A stretch of DNA of 64,000 bases. Origin: Opitutales bacterium. Lineage in GTDB: Bacteria > Verrucomicrobiota > Verrucomicrobiia > Opitutales > JABSRG01. The number at the start of each line of letters is the position of its first letter. Within the stretch, counting starts at the first letter, position 1. The position numbers and the translations under genes were made by a program. Positions 18,417 to 28,370 of this stretch are shown one piece after another. The stretch spans positions 17,553 through 81,552 of the forward strand of contig JBMYOQ010000011.1 in assembly GCA_049599475.1 (NCBI GenBank), in the 5' to 3' direction. The notes beneath the pieces were generated by a model that saw only the letters and a program-made list of their open reading frames with translations, had not been told where the DNA came from and made no database searches.

Positions 18417-20933
18417 TTATTCGCCATCTCTGAGAATGCTCAGAGGAGGGTGCTGCGCGATACCCCGGCTATTCAACATACCGGTAATGAGGGTCAGGAA
18501 GGCGACCCCAAGAGCCGCTAAAACCGAATCGCTAATCGGTAGGACCACTTCGATCTCTAATAAGAACCGAGCTAGGGCCCAGGCGGCGAGCATGGCGATT
18601 ATTATTCCGAGCGACGCCGCAATGGCGCCGATCATGAGATACTCAATTGCCATAATCCCCCTGACTTGTTTGCCACTGGCTCCCAAGGTGCGGAGCAATA
18701 CACTTTCGCGCACGCGTTGATATCGGCTTGTGGTGATGGCGCTGGCGAGGACTACGATCCCTGTGCCAATTGTGAAAAGGGCCATGAAGCGGACTGCAAA
18801 GCTAATTTTCGAAAGAACGTTTTCCAGTGCGCTTAGGACTACCTGCAGATCAACGGCAGATACATTTGGGAAATCTAGGAAAATATCGCGTTGAAGAGCG
18901 GCCGTGGTCTCCACGTCCGGTGAGCGGGTGACTGCGATCCACCAGTGTGGTGCAGCTTCGAGGACCCCAGTCGGGAAGGTGACAAAGAAATTGGGGCGCA
19001 TTTGTAACCAGTCCACGGTTCGCAGGCTCGAAACGACCACTTCAATTGGAATGCCTTGGACATCGTATTCTAGTTTGTCGCCCAAGGTAACACCAAGATC
19101 TTTAGCCATGTCCTCTTCGAGTGAGACGGGCACGGGCTGTTTGAAGGGTTCCCACTCGGATACATATTCTCCTGCGATCAGTACTTCGGACTCGCGAGGG
19201 GCTGATCGGTAGGTGTTACGCCATTCGCGATTGAGGATCCAACCATCAATCTTGTTTTCTGGATCCTTGCGAATCTCCGAGACGGATCGGCCTTTTACTG
19301 ACTTTAGGCGCATCGTCACAATCGGAGCTTCTTCTTCGATGACGAGACCGGCATCTTGAATTGTTTGATACACAGCCTCTCTCTGATCTGGTTGAATATC
19401 GAAGAGTAGGAGGTTGGGGTCGTCGCCCGTGGCGGCTCGCTCAGATTGTTGAAGTAGTCCGGTTTGTACAAGAGTCAGCGTGTAGACGAGAAAGGTCCCC
19501 ATACCAATGCTCACCAGGAGGAATGTTGTGCGATTTTGAGGCCTATACAGATTGGATAGGGCTTGCCGCAGGAGGTATAGATTGAGCAGGGGGAGTTTTT
19601 TGAGGATGAATTGGAGGATCTTCGCCGCTGCCCAGAAAATGAAAAAGGCCACCCCGATGAATGCTGCGAAAATGAGGCCGTGCCACCATACCTGGTTTTT
19701 CGCCATACAATATGCGGTCAAGGTCGCTCCGGTGAGTAGGGCCAGCGGAATGGTGAATTTATCTCGAGGTGTATTCCCCTCATCGATACGAGCTCTGAGT
19801 GCCCGCAGCGGACTGATGTTTCTGATGGGTAAGAGCGGAAACAGCGCAAATAAAACAGCTATGAGAAAACCGAAACTGGCTCCGCTCAATATACTGGGCC
19901 AGCTGATGAAAAACTCGAGATCTACCGGTAAAAGAGGCGCCAGGATACGTGGGAGGAGAGTCTGTATACCTACGCCTAAGATGGCTCCAGCAATGGCCCC
20001 GAGTCCTGCGACTCCTGAGATCTGTAAAAGGAAAATGGAAAATGCGGTCTTGGATGAACTTCCCAAACAGCGGAGAATTGCGACGGTATCCCGCTTTTGC
20101 AAAAGGTATGCCTGGATAGACCCCGCGATGCCCACTCCGCCGAGCAGGAGCGAGATAAATCCGACGAGCCCGAGGTAGCGAGTGAGGTTTTCCAGGGGTT
20201 CTCCTACGTCCTCCTTGCGCTCTTCCACATCGTCGAGATTCAGGCGATCTTCGGCAAAGTTGGCTTTTGTGAAATCTCTGAGAGCCCGGGTGTCGAGGGT
20301 GTTATTTTTGATGTATACTCGATGGAATGCGATGCTTCCTGTCTCGATTAATCCTGTAGAATCGAGCTGTGTCTTGGGAATATAGATACGCGGTGCGAAG
20401 AGGCCTGCGAATCCAGACTCTCCCGGTATTTCAACGATTTCACCAATTATCTTAAATTCGATTTCTCCGAGGCTCAGCGTGTCTCCGACTTTGAGCTCAT
20501 ACTGGGCCATCAGCACTGAATCAATGGTAGCTACGGGCTCGTCGTATTCTGCTGGATTGGCGCCTTCTGGATTTGTTTTGAATGTACCGTAGAACGGAAA
20601 ACCTCCTTCGAGTGCGCGGACCTGAACTAATCGTGTCGACTCGTCCTTGTGGAAGTAAGCCATCGAGGAAAAGCGTGTCTCCCGGGCACGTTCGCCGCCC
20701 AAGGATTGTATCCAAAATTCTACATCATCAGAAAAGGGAGTGCGTGAAGAAACCTGAAGGTCGGCGCCGAGCAGAGTCATCGCTTCATCTTCGATCGCAT
20801 CGCGGACGTTGTGCGTGAATGAATCGATTGCGACCATGGCAGCTACGCCAAACACGATGGCCAGAGCGCATAATGAGAGATGCTTGAGGCGGCTCTTGGC
20901 GTCGAGCCACGCAGTTGTGAGCAGAAATCTCAT
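18417..20933 (-). CDS. ybbP: ABC transporter permease with two FtsX-type domains (YbbP-like)
   Basis: This 838-aa protein has two repeats of the FtsX/MacB-type 4-TM module, each preceded by a large extracytoplasmic domain. Its start overlaps the stop of the upstream ATPase gene by 4 nt (ATGA). Confidence 0.8.
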   Translation of the reverse strand: MRFLLTTAWLDAKSRLKHLSLCALAIVFGVAAMVAIDSFTHNVRDAIEDEAMTLLGADLQVSSRTPFSDDVEFWIQSLGGERARETRFSSMAYFHKDESTRLVQVRALEGGFPFYGTFKTNPEGANPAEYDEPVATIDSVLMAQYELKVGDTLSLGEIEFKIIGEIVEIPGESGFAGLFAPRIYIPKTQLDSTGLIETGSIAFHRVYIKNNTLDTRALRDFTKANFAEDRLNLDDVEERKEDVGEPLENLTRYLGLVGFISLLLGGVGIAGSIQAYLLQKRDTVAILRCLGSSSKTAFSIFLLQISGVAGLGAIAGAILGVGIQTLLPRILAPLLPVDLEFFISWPSILSGASFGFLIAVLFALFPLLPIRNISPLRALRARIDEGNTPRDKFTIPLALLTGATLTAYCMAKNQVWWHGLIFAAFIGVAFFIFWAAAKILQFILKKLPLLNLYLLRQALSNLYRPQNRTTFLLVSIGMGTFLVYTLTLVQTGLLQQSERAATGDDPNLLLFDIQPDQREAVYQTIQDAGLVIEEEAPIVTMRLKSVKGRSVSEIRKDPENKIDGWILNREWRNTYRSAPRESEVLIAGEYVSEWEPFKQPVPVSLEEDMAKDLGVTLGDKLEYDVQGIPIEVVVSSLRTVDWLQMRPNFFVTFPTGVLEAAPHWWIAVTRSPDVETTAALQRDIFLDFPNVSAVDLQVVLSALENVLSKISFAVRFMALFTIGTGIVVLASAITTSRYQRVRESVLLRTLGASGKQVRGIMAIEYLMIGAIAASLGIIIAMLAAWALARFLLEIEVVLPISDSVLAALGVAFLTLITGMLNSRGIAQHPPLSILRDGE

Positions 20934-21631
20934 TGAGCGCTATCGCCGATCAGTTTGCCATCTCGAAGGCGAATTTGCGCATCGCACTTCTCTGCAAGTC
21001 CGAGATCGTGGGTCACCAGGACCAATGTGGTATTCTTGTCGCGATTCATATCGAACAGCAGGTCGGTGACATGACCCCCATTCGACCCATCTAGATTTCC
21101 GGTAGGTTCGTCTGCGAAGAGAATTTTGGGCTCATTTACAAAAGCTCGCGCCAGGGCGACACGCTGCTGCTCTCCACCAGAAAGCTGGAGGGGGTAATGA
21201 TCCAGGCGATGGCCGAGTCCCACAGATTTGAGCAGCTCCTTCGCACGTTCCCGAGAGCCGGGCGCTTTGCGTAGATCGAGAGGCACGGCCACGTTTTCTA
21301 CAGCGGTAAGGGTGGGGATGAGTTGGAAATTCTGAAAAACGAAACCAATGTGCTCGCCCCGGAAAGCCGCTCGTTCGTCTTCACTCAGCGGATTAAGTGA
21401 AGTGCCAAGAAGCTCGATATCTCCGCCGCTTGCGGTATCGAGTCCGGCGCACAGGCCGAGGAGTGTTGTTTTACCACTACCGGATGGGCCGACGATGGCC
21501 AGGCTTTGTCCGGCGTTTACTTCGAAACTTACGGCGTGAAGCACGGTCAGAGCATCTTCTCCGGATTGATAGGTCTTAGTCAGTCCAGTTGCTCGGATTA
21601 TGGGCGAATTATGCGCGGTGGTTGACATCAT
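20930..21631 (-). CDS. ybbA: ABC transporter ATP-binding protein (YbbA/LolD-like)
   Basis: Walker A is [11 protein letters not shown], the ABC signature is [14 protein letters not shown], and Walker B is [12 protein letters not shown]. Confidence 0.9.
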   Translation of the reverse strand: MMSTTAHNSPIIRATGLTKTYQSGEDALTVLHAVSFEVNAGQSLAIVGPSGSGKTTLLGLCAGLDTASGGDIELLGTSLNPLSEDERAAFRGEHIGFVFQNFQLIPTLTAVENVAVPLDLRKAPGSRERAKELLKSVGLGHRLDHYPLQLSGGEQQRVALARAFVNEPKILFADEPTGNLDGSNGGHVTDLLFDMNRDKNTTLVLVTHDLGLAEKCDAQIRLRDGKLIGDSAQ

Positions 21632-21657
21632 TTAAAATTTCAAAGCAATACGACTCT

Positions 21658-22293
21658 ATGCATCGATTCCTTAGCTTATTGCAAATAACAGTGCTCTTTT
21701 GCTGGGCCACTCCTTCGAATGCTGAGCTCGGTGCGGGGGAAACTGGCAGCATTTTGTTTTTTGGAGACAGCTTGACCGCAGCCTATGGCCTTGACGAAAC
21801 GCAGGGATATCCGGCTTTGATTGGAGATAAAATTAAACAAGAGGGCCTTCCTTGGGAGACTTTTGTAGGGGCTGTCAGTGGCGATACCAGTGCGGGTGGA
21901 TTAAGGCGTATCGATTGGATGCTACAGAGAAAGGTCGATATTTTCGTATTGGCGCTAGGAGCAAATGATGGCTTGCGGGGGACTGAGCTGTCATCCACGC
22001 GAGACAATTTGCAACAGACGATTGATCGGGTCCTAAAGAAATACCCCTCTGCTGAGGTGATCATCGCTGGGATGCAAATGCCGCCCAATTTGGGTGCCAA
22101 ATATACGGAAGAGTTCGCGGCGCTGTTTCCAGAGTTAGCCGAAAAGAATAAGGCTCATTTGATTCCCTTCCTCCTGGAAGGTGTGGCGGCGAATAATGAG
22201 TTGAATCAAGAAGACATCATTCATCCGACGGCTGAGGGGCAAAAAGTCATCGCGGAGAACGTCTGGAAGGTTCTCCGCCCCCTTCTGGATTGA
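21658..22293 (+). CDS. tesA: SGNH/GDSL arylesterase-thioesterase I (TesA-like), secreted
   Basis: It has the GDSL motif FFGDSLTAAYG, GANDGLRG, and the C-terminal DIIHPT (DxxH). A signal peptide is present after the ATG at 21658. It is divergent from the ybbA-like gene, as in E. coli. Confidence 0.85.
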   Translation: MHRFLSLLQITVLFCWATPSNAELGAGETGSILFFGDSLTAAYGLDETQGYPALIGDKIKQEGLPWETFVGAVSGDTSAGGLRRIDWMLQRKVDIFVLALGANDGLRGTELSSTRDNLQQTIDRVLKKYPSAEVIIAGMQMPPNLGAKYTEEFAALFPELAEKNKAHLIPFLLEGVAANNELNQEDIIHPTAEGQKVIAENVWKVLRPLLD

Positions 22294-22338
22294 CCCCTAG
22301 GGCTGCTGTTGCATTGCCATCCAAGGGATGGGATTACC

Positions 22339-24207
22339 TTAGGCGGTCTGCTTGTCTAGGATGCTCTCAATCTCATCCATGATAGAATCCATGCGACGAA
22401 TCAGAGCACGGTAGGGAGCCTCTTTCGTCATATCTAAACCCGATTCCATAAGGATTTCGTGAGGGTAATCTGAACCGCCCGCTTTGAGCACGTTTAAGAA
22501 TTTCTCCAGGGCCGGTTCTCCATATTTCTTAATTTCCTCAGTATAGTAAGCTGCCGCTGAGATAGAGGTAGAGTACTGAAACACGTAAAAATCATAGTAG
22601 AAGTGAGGGATGTATGCCCACTCCACGCAGTATGCGTCGTCGATGGTCAGGACTCCTTGGTCGTGCCCGTGGTAGCGCTTGAGCAGATCACCGTAAATCT
22701 CAGTCAAGCGGTCTCCGGTGAGGGGTGCGCCCTTTTCGACTTCCTCGTGGATGGCCAATTCGAATTCCGCAAACATCGTCTGGCGGAAGAAGGTTCCTCT
22801 GAGCTGCTCCAGGGCAGTGCCTAGGTAGAAGAGGCGCTCTTGGTCATCCTTAGCATTTTCTAGGGAATAGTCCTGGAGCATGAGCTCGTTCACAATTGCC
22901 GCAATCTCGGCGATAAAAGTAGAGTATCCAGACTTCTCAAAGGGCTGATTGTCCTTGGTCAAAATAGTGTGGAGTGCATGGCCCACTTCGTGAGCATAGG
23001 TGCTCATCGAGTTGTAATCATCGTTGTGGTTCAAGAGCATGTACGGGTCTGTATCGTATGCGGCGCCAGACATGTATGCTCCCGAACGTTTGCCCTTTTG
23101 TGGATACACGTGGGTGTGATCTGTTTGGGCATACGCTTTTAACTTTTTCCCATATTCTTCGCCCAGGTAGGTGAGGCTCGCGATGGTCGTATCGATCGAG
23201 CGATCGATGGTATAGACCTTATCGCTTTCAACTAAATCTGGATAGATATCATAGTATTTCACCTCTTCAACGCCTAGCATGCGCCCGCGTAGTTTGAAGT
23301 AGCGGTGGAGTGTCGGTAGGCTCTCGTTGGTAACTTTGACTAGGGATCGATAAACGTCTTCAGGCAAATTGTCGTCGGACAGTGCCCAGTCCAAGACGTT
23401 GTCATATTTGCGCATTTGGGATTGAAATACGTTGGCTTGGACCTCGGAAAGAAGGACTTGACCCATCGTGTTTTTATACTCTCCAAGCTTTCCCCAGAAA
23501 GCGTCGAAAACGGCTTTGCGGTCCCCGCGATCCTCGGCTGCACGGTGTTTAGAGTATCCGGATTGGTTCAGGTAGACCTCCTCACCATCGGAAAGAGTGA
23601 TCGTCGGCCAGGGTAGATCTGCATTTGCGAAAACGCTATAGATTTGGGACGGCTGTCTCAGGAGTTTGCTGGTTGCTGCCATCACCTGCTCGGCATCCGG
23701 TGAGAGGGTGTGCGGAGCTTGTCGCAGAGTATTGCGCAGGCTGTGATCGAATGGGCTGAGGCCGGGGGCTTCCGCTATGAAGGCTTCAATCTTTTCGGCG
23801 CCCACACTGATGATCTCAGGGTCGATCCATGAGCTGGCTTGCTGCAGGTTTGAATATGTGGCGAGGACTCGCTGTTTGCGCGCCTGAGGTTCCGACTCAG
23901 CTATATTCTCGTCTGCGTTTAGCGAGGCGTAGACATAGACGTGAATCAGTTTACGGAAAAGCTTGGACTGCGTTTTGAGGGCTTCTTCCAGCTTCGCGGC
24001 GCTCTCACCAAGTTGGCCTTTGAATTTGGTTATCTCCGGAATGCCCGCCTGAACTTCATTTAATGCCGTCTCCCAGGCTTCGACGGTAGGGAAGAGATCG
24101 GTCAAATCCCAGACTGTGGATGTGTTCGTGCTGAGTGTTTCAGACTCCTTGGCGAAGATAAACAAGGGGGCTAAAACGGACAGGATAAGGAAGCGTGTGA
24201 GATGCAT
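22339..24207 (-). CDS. pepF: M3-family oligoendopeptidase F, with signal peptide
   Basis: The zinc motif is HEVGHALH. The length and overall pattern fit M3B oligoendopeptidases. The N-terminus is hydrophobic (MHLTRFLILSVLAPLFIFA). Confidence 0.85.
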   Translation of the reverse strand: MHLTRFLILSVLAPLFIFAKESETLSTNTSTVWDLTDLFPTVEAWETALNEVQAGIPEITKFKGQLGESAAKLEEALKTQSKLFRKLIHVYVYASLNADENIAESEPQARKQRVLATYSNLQQASSWIDPEIISVGAEKIEAFIAEAPGLSPFDHSLRNTLRQAPHTLSPDAEQVMAATSKLLRQPSQIYSVFANADLPWPTITLSDGEEVYLNQSGYSKHRAAEDRGDRKAVFDAFWGKLGEYKNTMGQVLLSEVQANVFQSQMRKYDNVLDWALSDDNLPEDVYRSLVKVTNESLPTLHRYFKLRGRMLGVEEVKYYDIYPDLVESDKVYTIDRSIDTTIASLTYLGEEYGKKLKAYAQTDHTHVYPQKGKRSGAYMSGAAYDTDPYMLLNHNDDYNSMSTYAHEVGHALHTILTKDNQPFEKSGYSTFIAEIAAIVNELMLQDYSLENAKDDQERLFYLGTALEQLRGTFFRQTMFAEFELAIHEEVEKGAPLTGDRLTEIYGDLLKRYHGHDQGVLTIDDAYCVEWAYIPHFYYDFYVFQYSTSISAAAYYTEEIKKYGEPALEKFLNVLKAGGSDYPHEILMESGLDMTKEAPYRALIRRMDSIMDEIESILDKQTA

Positions 24208-24281
24208 GTAGGTTGTATAACTTGGTTAAATTTTGGAAACGTCAAATTCTGGATACTGTAGGGGTAGAGCTAATTACGCTC

Positions 24282-25478
24282 CTATTGGAAACCATATTCC
24301 AGAATTTGTTCGGAATGTTGAATACTTACGTGATTCGACCCGTCAGTCCGCCCACTGGCTACAGTCTTGCCGATGATCTGGGCGTCGACTCCAAAGCTTT
24401 GAGCGGTCTCTATAATGCCTTTGGCTGCGCTTTCAGGACAATAGATCTCCAGGCGATGCCCCATGTTATAAACCTGATACATCTCTTGATCAGAGGTCCC
24501 ACTCGCCTTTTGAATCGCGCTGAAGAGCGGTGGCGTGGGGAACAAATTGTCCTTTAGGTAATGGACACCGTTGCCGAACCGCAGACACTTGGTCTGACCA
24601 CCGCCAGAGCAGTGTACCATGCCCTTGATTGCCTCGCGGTTATCCTGGAGTAGCTTTGACACGATGGGCGCGTAGGTGCGCGTAGGGCTCAAGAGGGCTT
24701 GACCGACGCTCAGTTCGCTGCCGGGAAGCGGGTCTTCCATGCGGTAAGGTCCACAGTAAAGGAGTGCCGGGTCTGTATTGGAATCCCAGGTCTCAGGATA
24801 GGTTTCCCGATAGTGACTGCAAAGCATGTCGTGGCGTGCGCTTGTAAGGCCATTTGAGCCAATTCCGCTGTTTTCCGCAGATTCGTAGTTAGCTTTTCCG
24901 AATGAGGCCAAGCCCACGATCGCAAGACCTGGCTCGATCTGATGATTATCGATGATGTCGCTTCGATCCATCACGCACACCGCGCAAGAGTCTACAGTCA
25001 CCGTGCCGGTGAGGTCGCCGACATCGGCAGTCTCTCCGCCACCGCTGGTAATGCCGACGCCTAGGTTGCGCATTTCGCTTAGGAATGACTCGTTGCCCTT
25101 GATCAGAGCGCCCAGGGCTTCGCCTGGAAAGTTGCGCGCATTTCGATTTACGGTGCTCGAGATCAAAATGTTTTTGATGGCGCCTGTGCAGATGAGATCG
25201 TCCAGATTCATCACGATGCTGTCCTGTGCTATGCCTGCGAATACGGATGGGTCCCCAGTTTCGCGATAGTGGAGGTAGCCCAGAATCGACTTCGTGCCGG
25301 AGCCGTCGGCATGGATGATATTGGCTTTGGTCGGATCTCCAGTCAGGACATCTGCCGTAATTTTGCAGAAGGCACCGGGGACGATTCCGCGGTCCATCTT
25401 GTCCACGACAGCGTGAACTTCGTTTTTCGATGAAGATACGCCTCGTCCTGCGTATCGGCTTCCTTCCTGGATTTGCAT
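24282..25478 (-). CDS. purM: phosphoribosylformylglycinamidine cyclo-ligase (AIR synthase), long Bacteroidota-like form
   Basis: The N-terminus [18 protein letters not shown], the DGSGTKS motif, and the AIR-synthase-type N and C domains are present. Confidence 0.7.
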   Translation of the reverse strand: MQIQEGSRYAGRGVSSSKNEVHAVVDKMDRGIVPGAFCKITADVLTGDPTKANIIHADGSGTKSILGYLHYRETGDPSVFAGIAQDSIVMNLDDLICTGAIKNILISSTVNRNARNFPGEALGALIKGNESFLSEMRNLGVGITSGGGETADVGDLTGTVTVDSCAVCVMDRSDIIDNHQIEPGLAIVGLASFGKANYESAENSGIGSNGLTSARHDMLCSHYRETYPETWDSNTDPALLYCGPYRMEDPLPGSELSVGQALLSPTRTYAPIVSKLLQDNREAIKGMVHCSGGGQTKCLRFGNGVHYLKDNLFPTPPLFSAIQKASGTSDQEMYQVYNMGHRLEIYCPESAAKGIIETAQSFGVDAQIIGKTVASGRTDGSNHVSIQHSEQILEYGFQ

Positions 25479-25620
25479 GCGCTTAGTTTTATTTGAATCG
25501 GATTAAGACGACAGCTAAGAGGGCTTGTCTGGAATCCGCAAAGCCTTTTTCGACATGCTAATGGATTCTTAAGTTCGGGCTCCAGCATGCGACTTACAGC
25601 TTGATAAATACCCATCAACT

Positions 25621-28101
25621 GTGAGTGAGGAACCTAAAGACGACGAAAACGAAGTCCCAATCGAGACTGCGGAGAGCGAAGATGATGTAACGCTCTCTGA
25701 GGATGCGATTGACTCTATTGTCGGGGAGGCAGCTGATTCTGGAGAAACTCGCGACCCTGAAGAGGTCACCGCAGACCAGGTGGATGCCCTCAAAGAAATG
25801 ATGGGAACGGTCGGTCCTGCTGAGGAAGAATCAGAGTCTGAAACAGTGGATCCAGACGATATCGCTTCTATTCTGGAGCAGGCGGGTGACGAATCTTCTG
25901 ATGAGTCTGAGGCTCCGACTGAGGAGGCTTCTACGCCGGCACCGGAACCCGAAGAAGCCACAGCGGATCAAGTCGATGCACTGGCGGCTATGATGGGGAA
26001 TTTCGGCAATGATAAATCGGAGGACTCACCCGAGGAAACATCTGAAGAGGCGGCAGCATCACCAGCATCAGAAGAAGTCGAAGAAGAGTCCGAAGCGACT
26101 GCAGAGTCGGAGCCAGAAACTCAGCCGGAGGCGGCCGCAGCAGATCCCGAGGAAGCGACAGCAGACCAAGTGGACGCCTTAGCGGCCATGATGGGAAATT
26201 TTGGTGCTGATAAGCCTGCACCCGAAACCGCATCGGAGGAAAACTCTGAGTCTGCGGATGAGCCCGAACCGGAGGCCGCAGTTCAGGACGCGGAAGAGAA
26301 TACCGCCGCCGAACCGGAGGCCCCTGAAACTCCCGAAGCTGATCCAGAGCCGGAAGCGACTGCAGAGCCGGAAGCTGCAGCGGACGATTCACCCGTGGAT
26401 GCGGATGATATTGCCTCGATACTCGCAGCGGAGAGTCCCGAAGTCGAAGAAGAGCCGGAGACCGAAGAAAAACCCGAGACCGAAGAAGCAAAGCCCGAGG
26501 CCAAGGTTGATCCCGGGAACGTCGCCAAAGAAGAAGGGATACTCACGCCAGATATCCTCGAAAATCTTATTTTGACACCCCCGGATGATAAGCCCGAATC
26601 CGATGGAAAAGCGGCGCCGGCCGCCAAGGTTTCCGACGAGGAGGCCTCTAAGATTTTGGGTGACGAGGAGATTGAAGACGCCGGGGATGACGAACAAATC
26701 TCGGCTGATGAGCTCGCTTCTCTGATGGACGCAGAGGCACCCGCAAAGGAAAAAGAGTCATCTGAGGCGGAGCCCGAAAAAGAGCCCGAGGCGGTTCCAG
26801 ACGATGCCGCAAACATCGTAACGCCGGAGGACGACCTCGATGAGGAAGAAGAGCTCGCTGAGGAACCCTCTGAAGCGCCCAAGGAAGCCGAGGCACCCAA
26901 AGAACCGGAGCCCGAGGCCAAACCTAAGAAATCAAAGCTTCAATTGAAGTTCCCCGTATTTTCGAAGCTAGTCCGTCTGTTTAAGCCTTTGGGCTTTGTC
27001 GCTATGGTGTCCTCCATAGCAATGGTTTCAGCATTCATTGTCATTAAAATCGCCGCTCCTAAATCAGGCGCAGACGCCGACGAACATATGTTGCGCCGGA
27101 TCCCGGTGGTGGGTTCGGACTACACGATACGCGTTCAAGATATCCAGCCCTCGATCGATCTCGCGATCGAACCGTATCTGGACAACTTTACGATCAACCA
27201 AGGATGGATCCATGCCGTAGCGCACTCAGGAGATGACATTTCTGTGTCGGTCTCCCTCACTGCGACTACGAAACAGATACTCTACGAAATCGTCGACGAC
27301 AGTGTCCTGCTCAACCGCTTGGTCTTGACTCCCAATCGTTTCAATATGCTCCGCAGAGAGCTGATGGATGACGAAAAAAGTGAAGTGCCGGCGCGTCCAG
27401 CAGCGCCCGCAGATCAATACATCCGAGAGCGTTTCCCTGAAGGATTCTCGACGCGGGCAGTTCTAAATTTTTATGGCAAGCCTGATGGCCGTGAATGGGT
27501 ATTCACAGAACCGGACTGGCAGGTTGCTGATTATTCCGGGAAACTGCCGACCGGATTCATCAAAGATTTCCTCGGAGGCGAGGCCATGCACATCGATGAT
27601 CCCAAAGTGGGATTTTGGGTGCAGGAGTATAATGAGGCAGCCCAGACCCTGCTAGACGCCGCCCAGTCGGGGACCGAAATTGCCAATTTGAATGCCCTGC
27701 AGAAACGTGTCGATAATCGCCTAACGCTCTTTTCTCCGTTCGAAGTATTGTCTGGACGCATGTATACGCCCGACAATTTGGATCGGGGGGTCAGCTTCAA
27801 CGCGATCATCACAGACGTCTACGAAGATGGATTTTTCGAAGGCTATTTCGAAATGAGGAATTTGGGTCTCGATCCGAAACGCTTCTCAGGGCGCGTTGCC
27901 CTCAGTCGGGGAGAGAATGGCTCTTTTGTGCAAACGGCGCATATCCGCACATTCCGGGAATCGGGTCTGGAAAGTCGGGAAGATGGCTCGGTTCCGCGGA
28001 TATTTGCTAAAGGATTCCAGGACAGCATTTCTCTGGTTTCCGAGCCGGGCTTCTTATCAGGTCGGCTCGACGATATGTATATCACCCTAGCTAAACCTTA
28101 G
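25621..28101 (+). CDS. very acidic repeat-containing single-pass membrane protein, unassigned
   Basis: A GTG start is assumed. The first ~440 aa form an E/P/A/D-rich region with three copies of PEE[AV]TADQVDAL..MMG..G and three D.D[DE][IL]AS[IL] motifs. A basic stretch and a TM helix (LGFVAMVSSIAMVSAFIVIKIAA) follow, then a ~320-aa C-terminal domain I cannot match to any family. Confidence 0.7.
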   Translation: MSEEPKDDENEVPIETAESEDDVTLSEDAIDSIVGEAADSGETRDPEEVTADQVDALKEMMGTVGPAEEESESETVDPDDIASILEQAGDESSDESEAPTEEASTPAPEPEEATADQVDALAAMMGNFGNDKSEDSPEETSEEAAASPASEEVEEESEATAESEPETQPEAAAADPEEATADQVDALAAMMGNFGADKPAPETASEENSESADEPEPEAAVQDAEENTAAEPEAPETPEADPEPEATAEPEAAADDSPVDADDIASILAAESPEVEEEPETEEKPETEEAKPEAKVDPGNVAKEEGILTPDILENLILTPPDDKPESDGKAAPAAKVSDEEASKILGDEEIEDAGDDEQISADELASLMDAEAPAKEKESSEAEPEKEPEAVPDDAANIVTPEDDLDEEEELAEEPSEAPKEAEAPKEPEPEAKPKKSKLQLKFPVFSKLVRLFKPLGFVAMVSSIAMVSAFIVIKIAAPKSGADADEHMLRRIPVVGSDYTIRVQDIQPSIDLAIEPYLDNFTINQGWIHAVAHSGDDISVSVSLTATTKQILYEIVDDSVLLNRLVLTPNRFNMLRRELMDDEKSEVPARPAAPADQYIRERFPEGFSTRAVLNFYGKPDGREWVFTEPDWQVADYSGKLPTGFIKDFLGGEAMHIDDPKVGFWVQEYNEAAQTLLDAAQSGTEIANLNALQKRVDNRLTLFSPFEVLSGRMYTPDNLDRGVSFNAIITDVYEDGFFEGYFEMRNLGLDPKRFSGRVALSRGENGSFVQTAHIRTFRESGLESREDGSVPRIFAKGFQDSISLVSEPGFLSGRLDDMYITLAKP

Positions 28102-28164
28102 GCTCCGTACATAAAAAAGACCTCAACCGAGTGGCGAGGCCTTGAGCGGGTATACTGTTGGAAA

Positions 28165-28323
28165 CTACTTCCCAGCTTCAGCGCGTGCTTTCGCAATTTT
28201 TGCTTCGAGGCGCTTTTGGCTGGCTTCAAAATTGATGAGCACCGCTGCTGCGACGACCGCGAGGGTGAGAGGGCCCATTAGAATGAAGAATCCGAGAAAA
28301 TCGTTAAAGTGACCGTTGTTCAT
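28165..28323 (-). CDS. possible 52-aa single-TM peptide
   Basis: The internal ATG at 28323 gives MNNGHFNDFLGFFILMGPLTLAVVAAAVLINFEASQKRLEAKIAKARAEAGK, with one clear TM helix and an amphipathic basic tail. The longer 116-aa version would overlap the murJ 3' end. Confidence 0.35.
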   Translation of the reverse strand: MNNGHFNDFLGFFILMGPLTLAVVAAAVLINFEASQKRLEAKIAKARAEAGK

Positions 28324-28370
28324 ATGTAGATAGCCAATGCTTGGTGTTAATAAAATCAAGACTTCTGTGT

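Noticed and set aside
18191-18433. An 80-aa plus-strand ORF lies in the large spacer.
   Set aside because: It runs straight through the AT-rich palindrome and T-runs, which gives its Phe/Ser-rich low complexity. It also overlaps the permease stop. The region is more likely non-coding.
25569-26921. Several long minus-strand ORFs (130, 167, 212 and 102 aa; Ser/Ala/Gly- or Arg/Pro-rich) lie opposite the acidic protein gene.
   Set aside because: They are mirror images of the GAA/GAG/GCC-rich low-complexity coding region. They have no start context or domain signal. The plus-strand frame shows selection on its peptide repeats.
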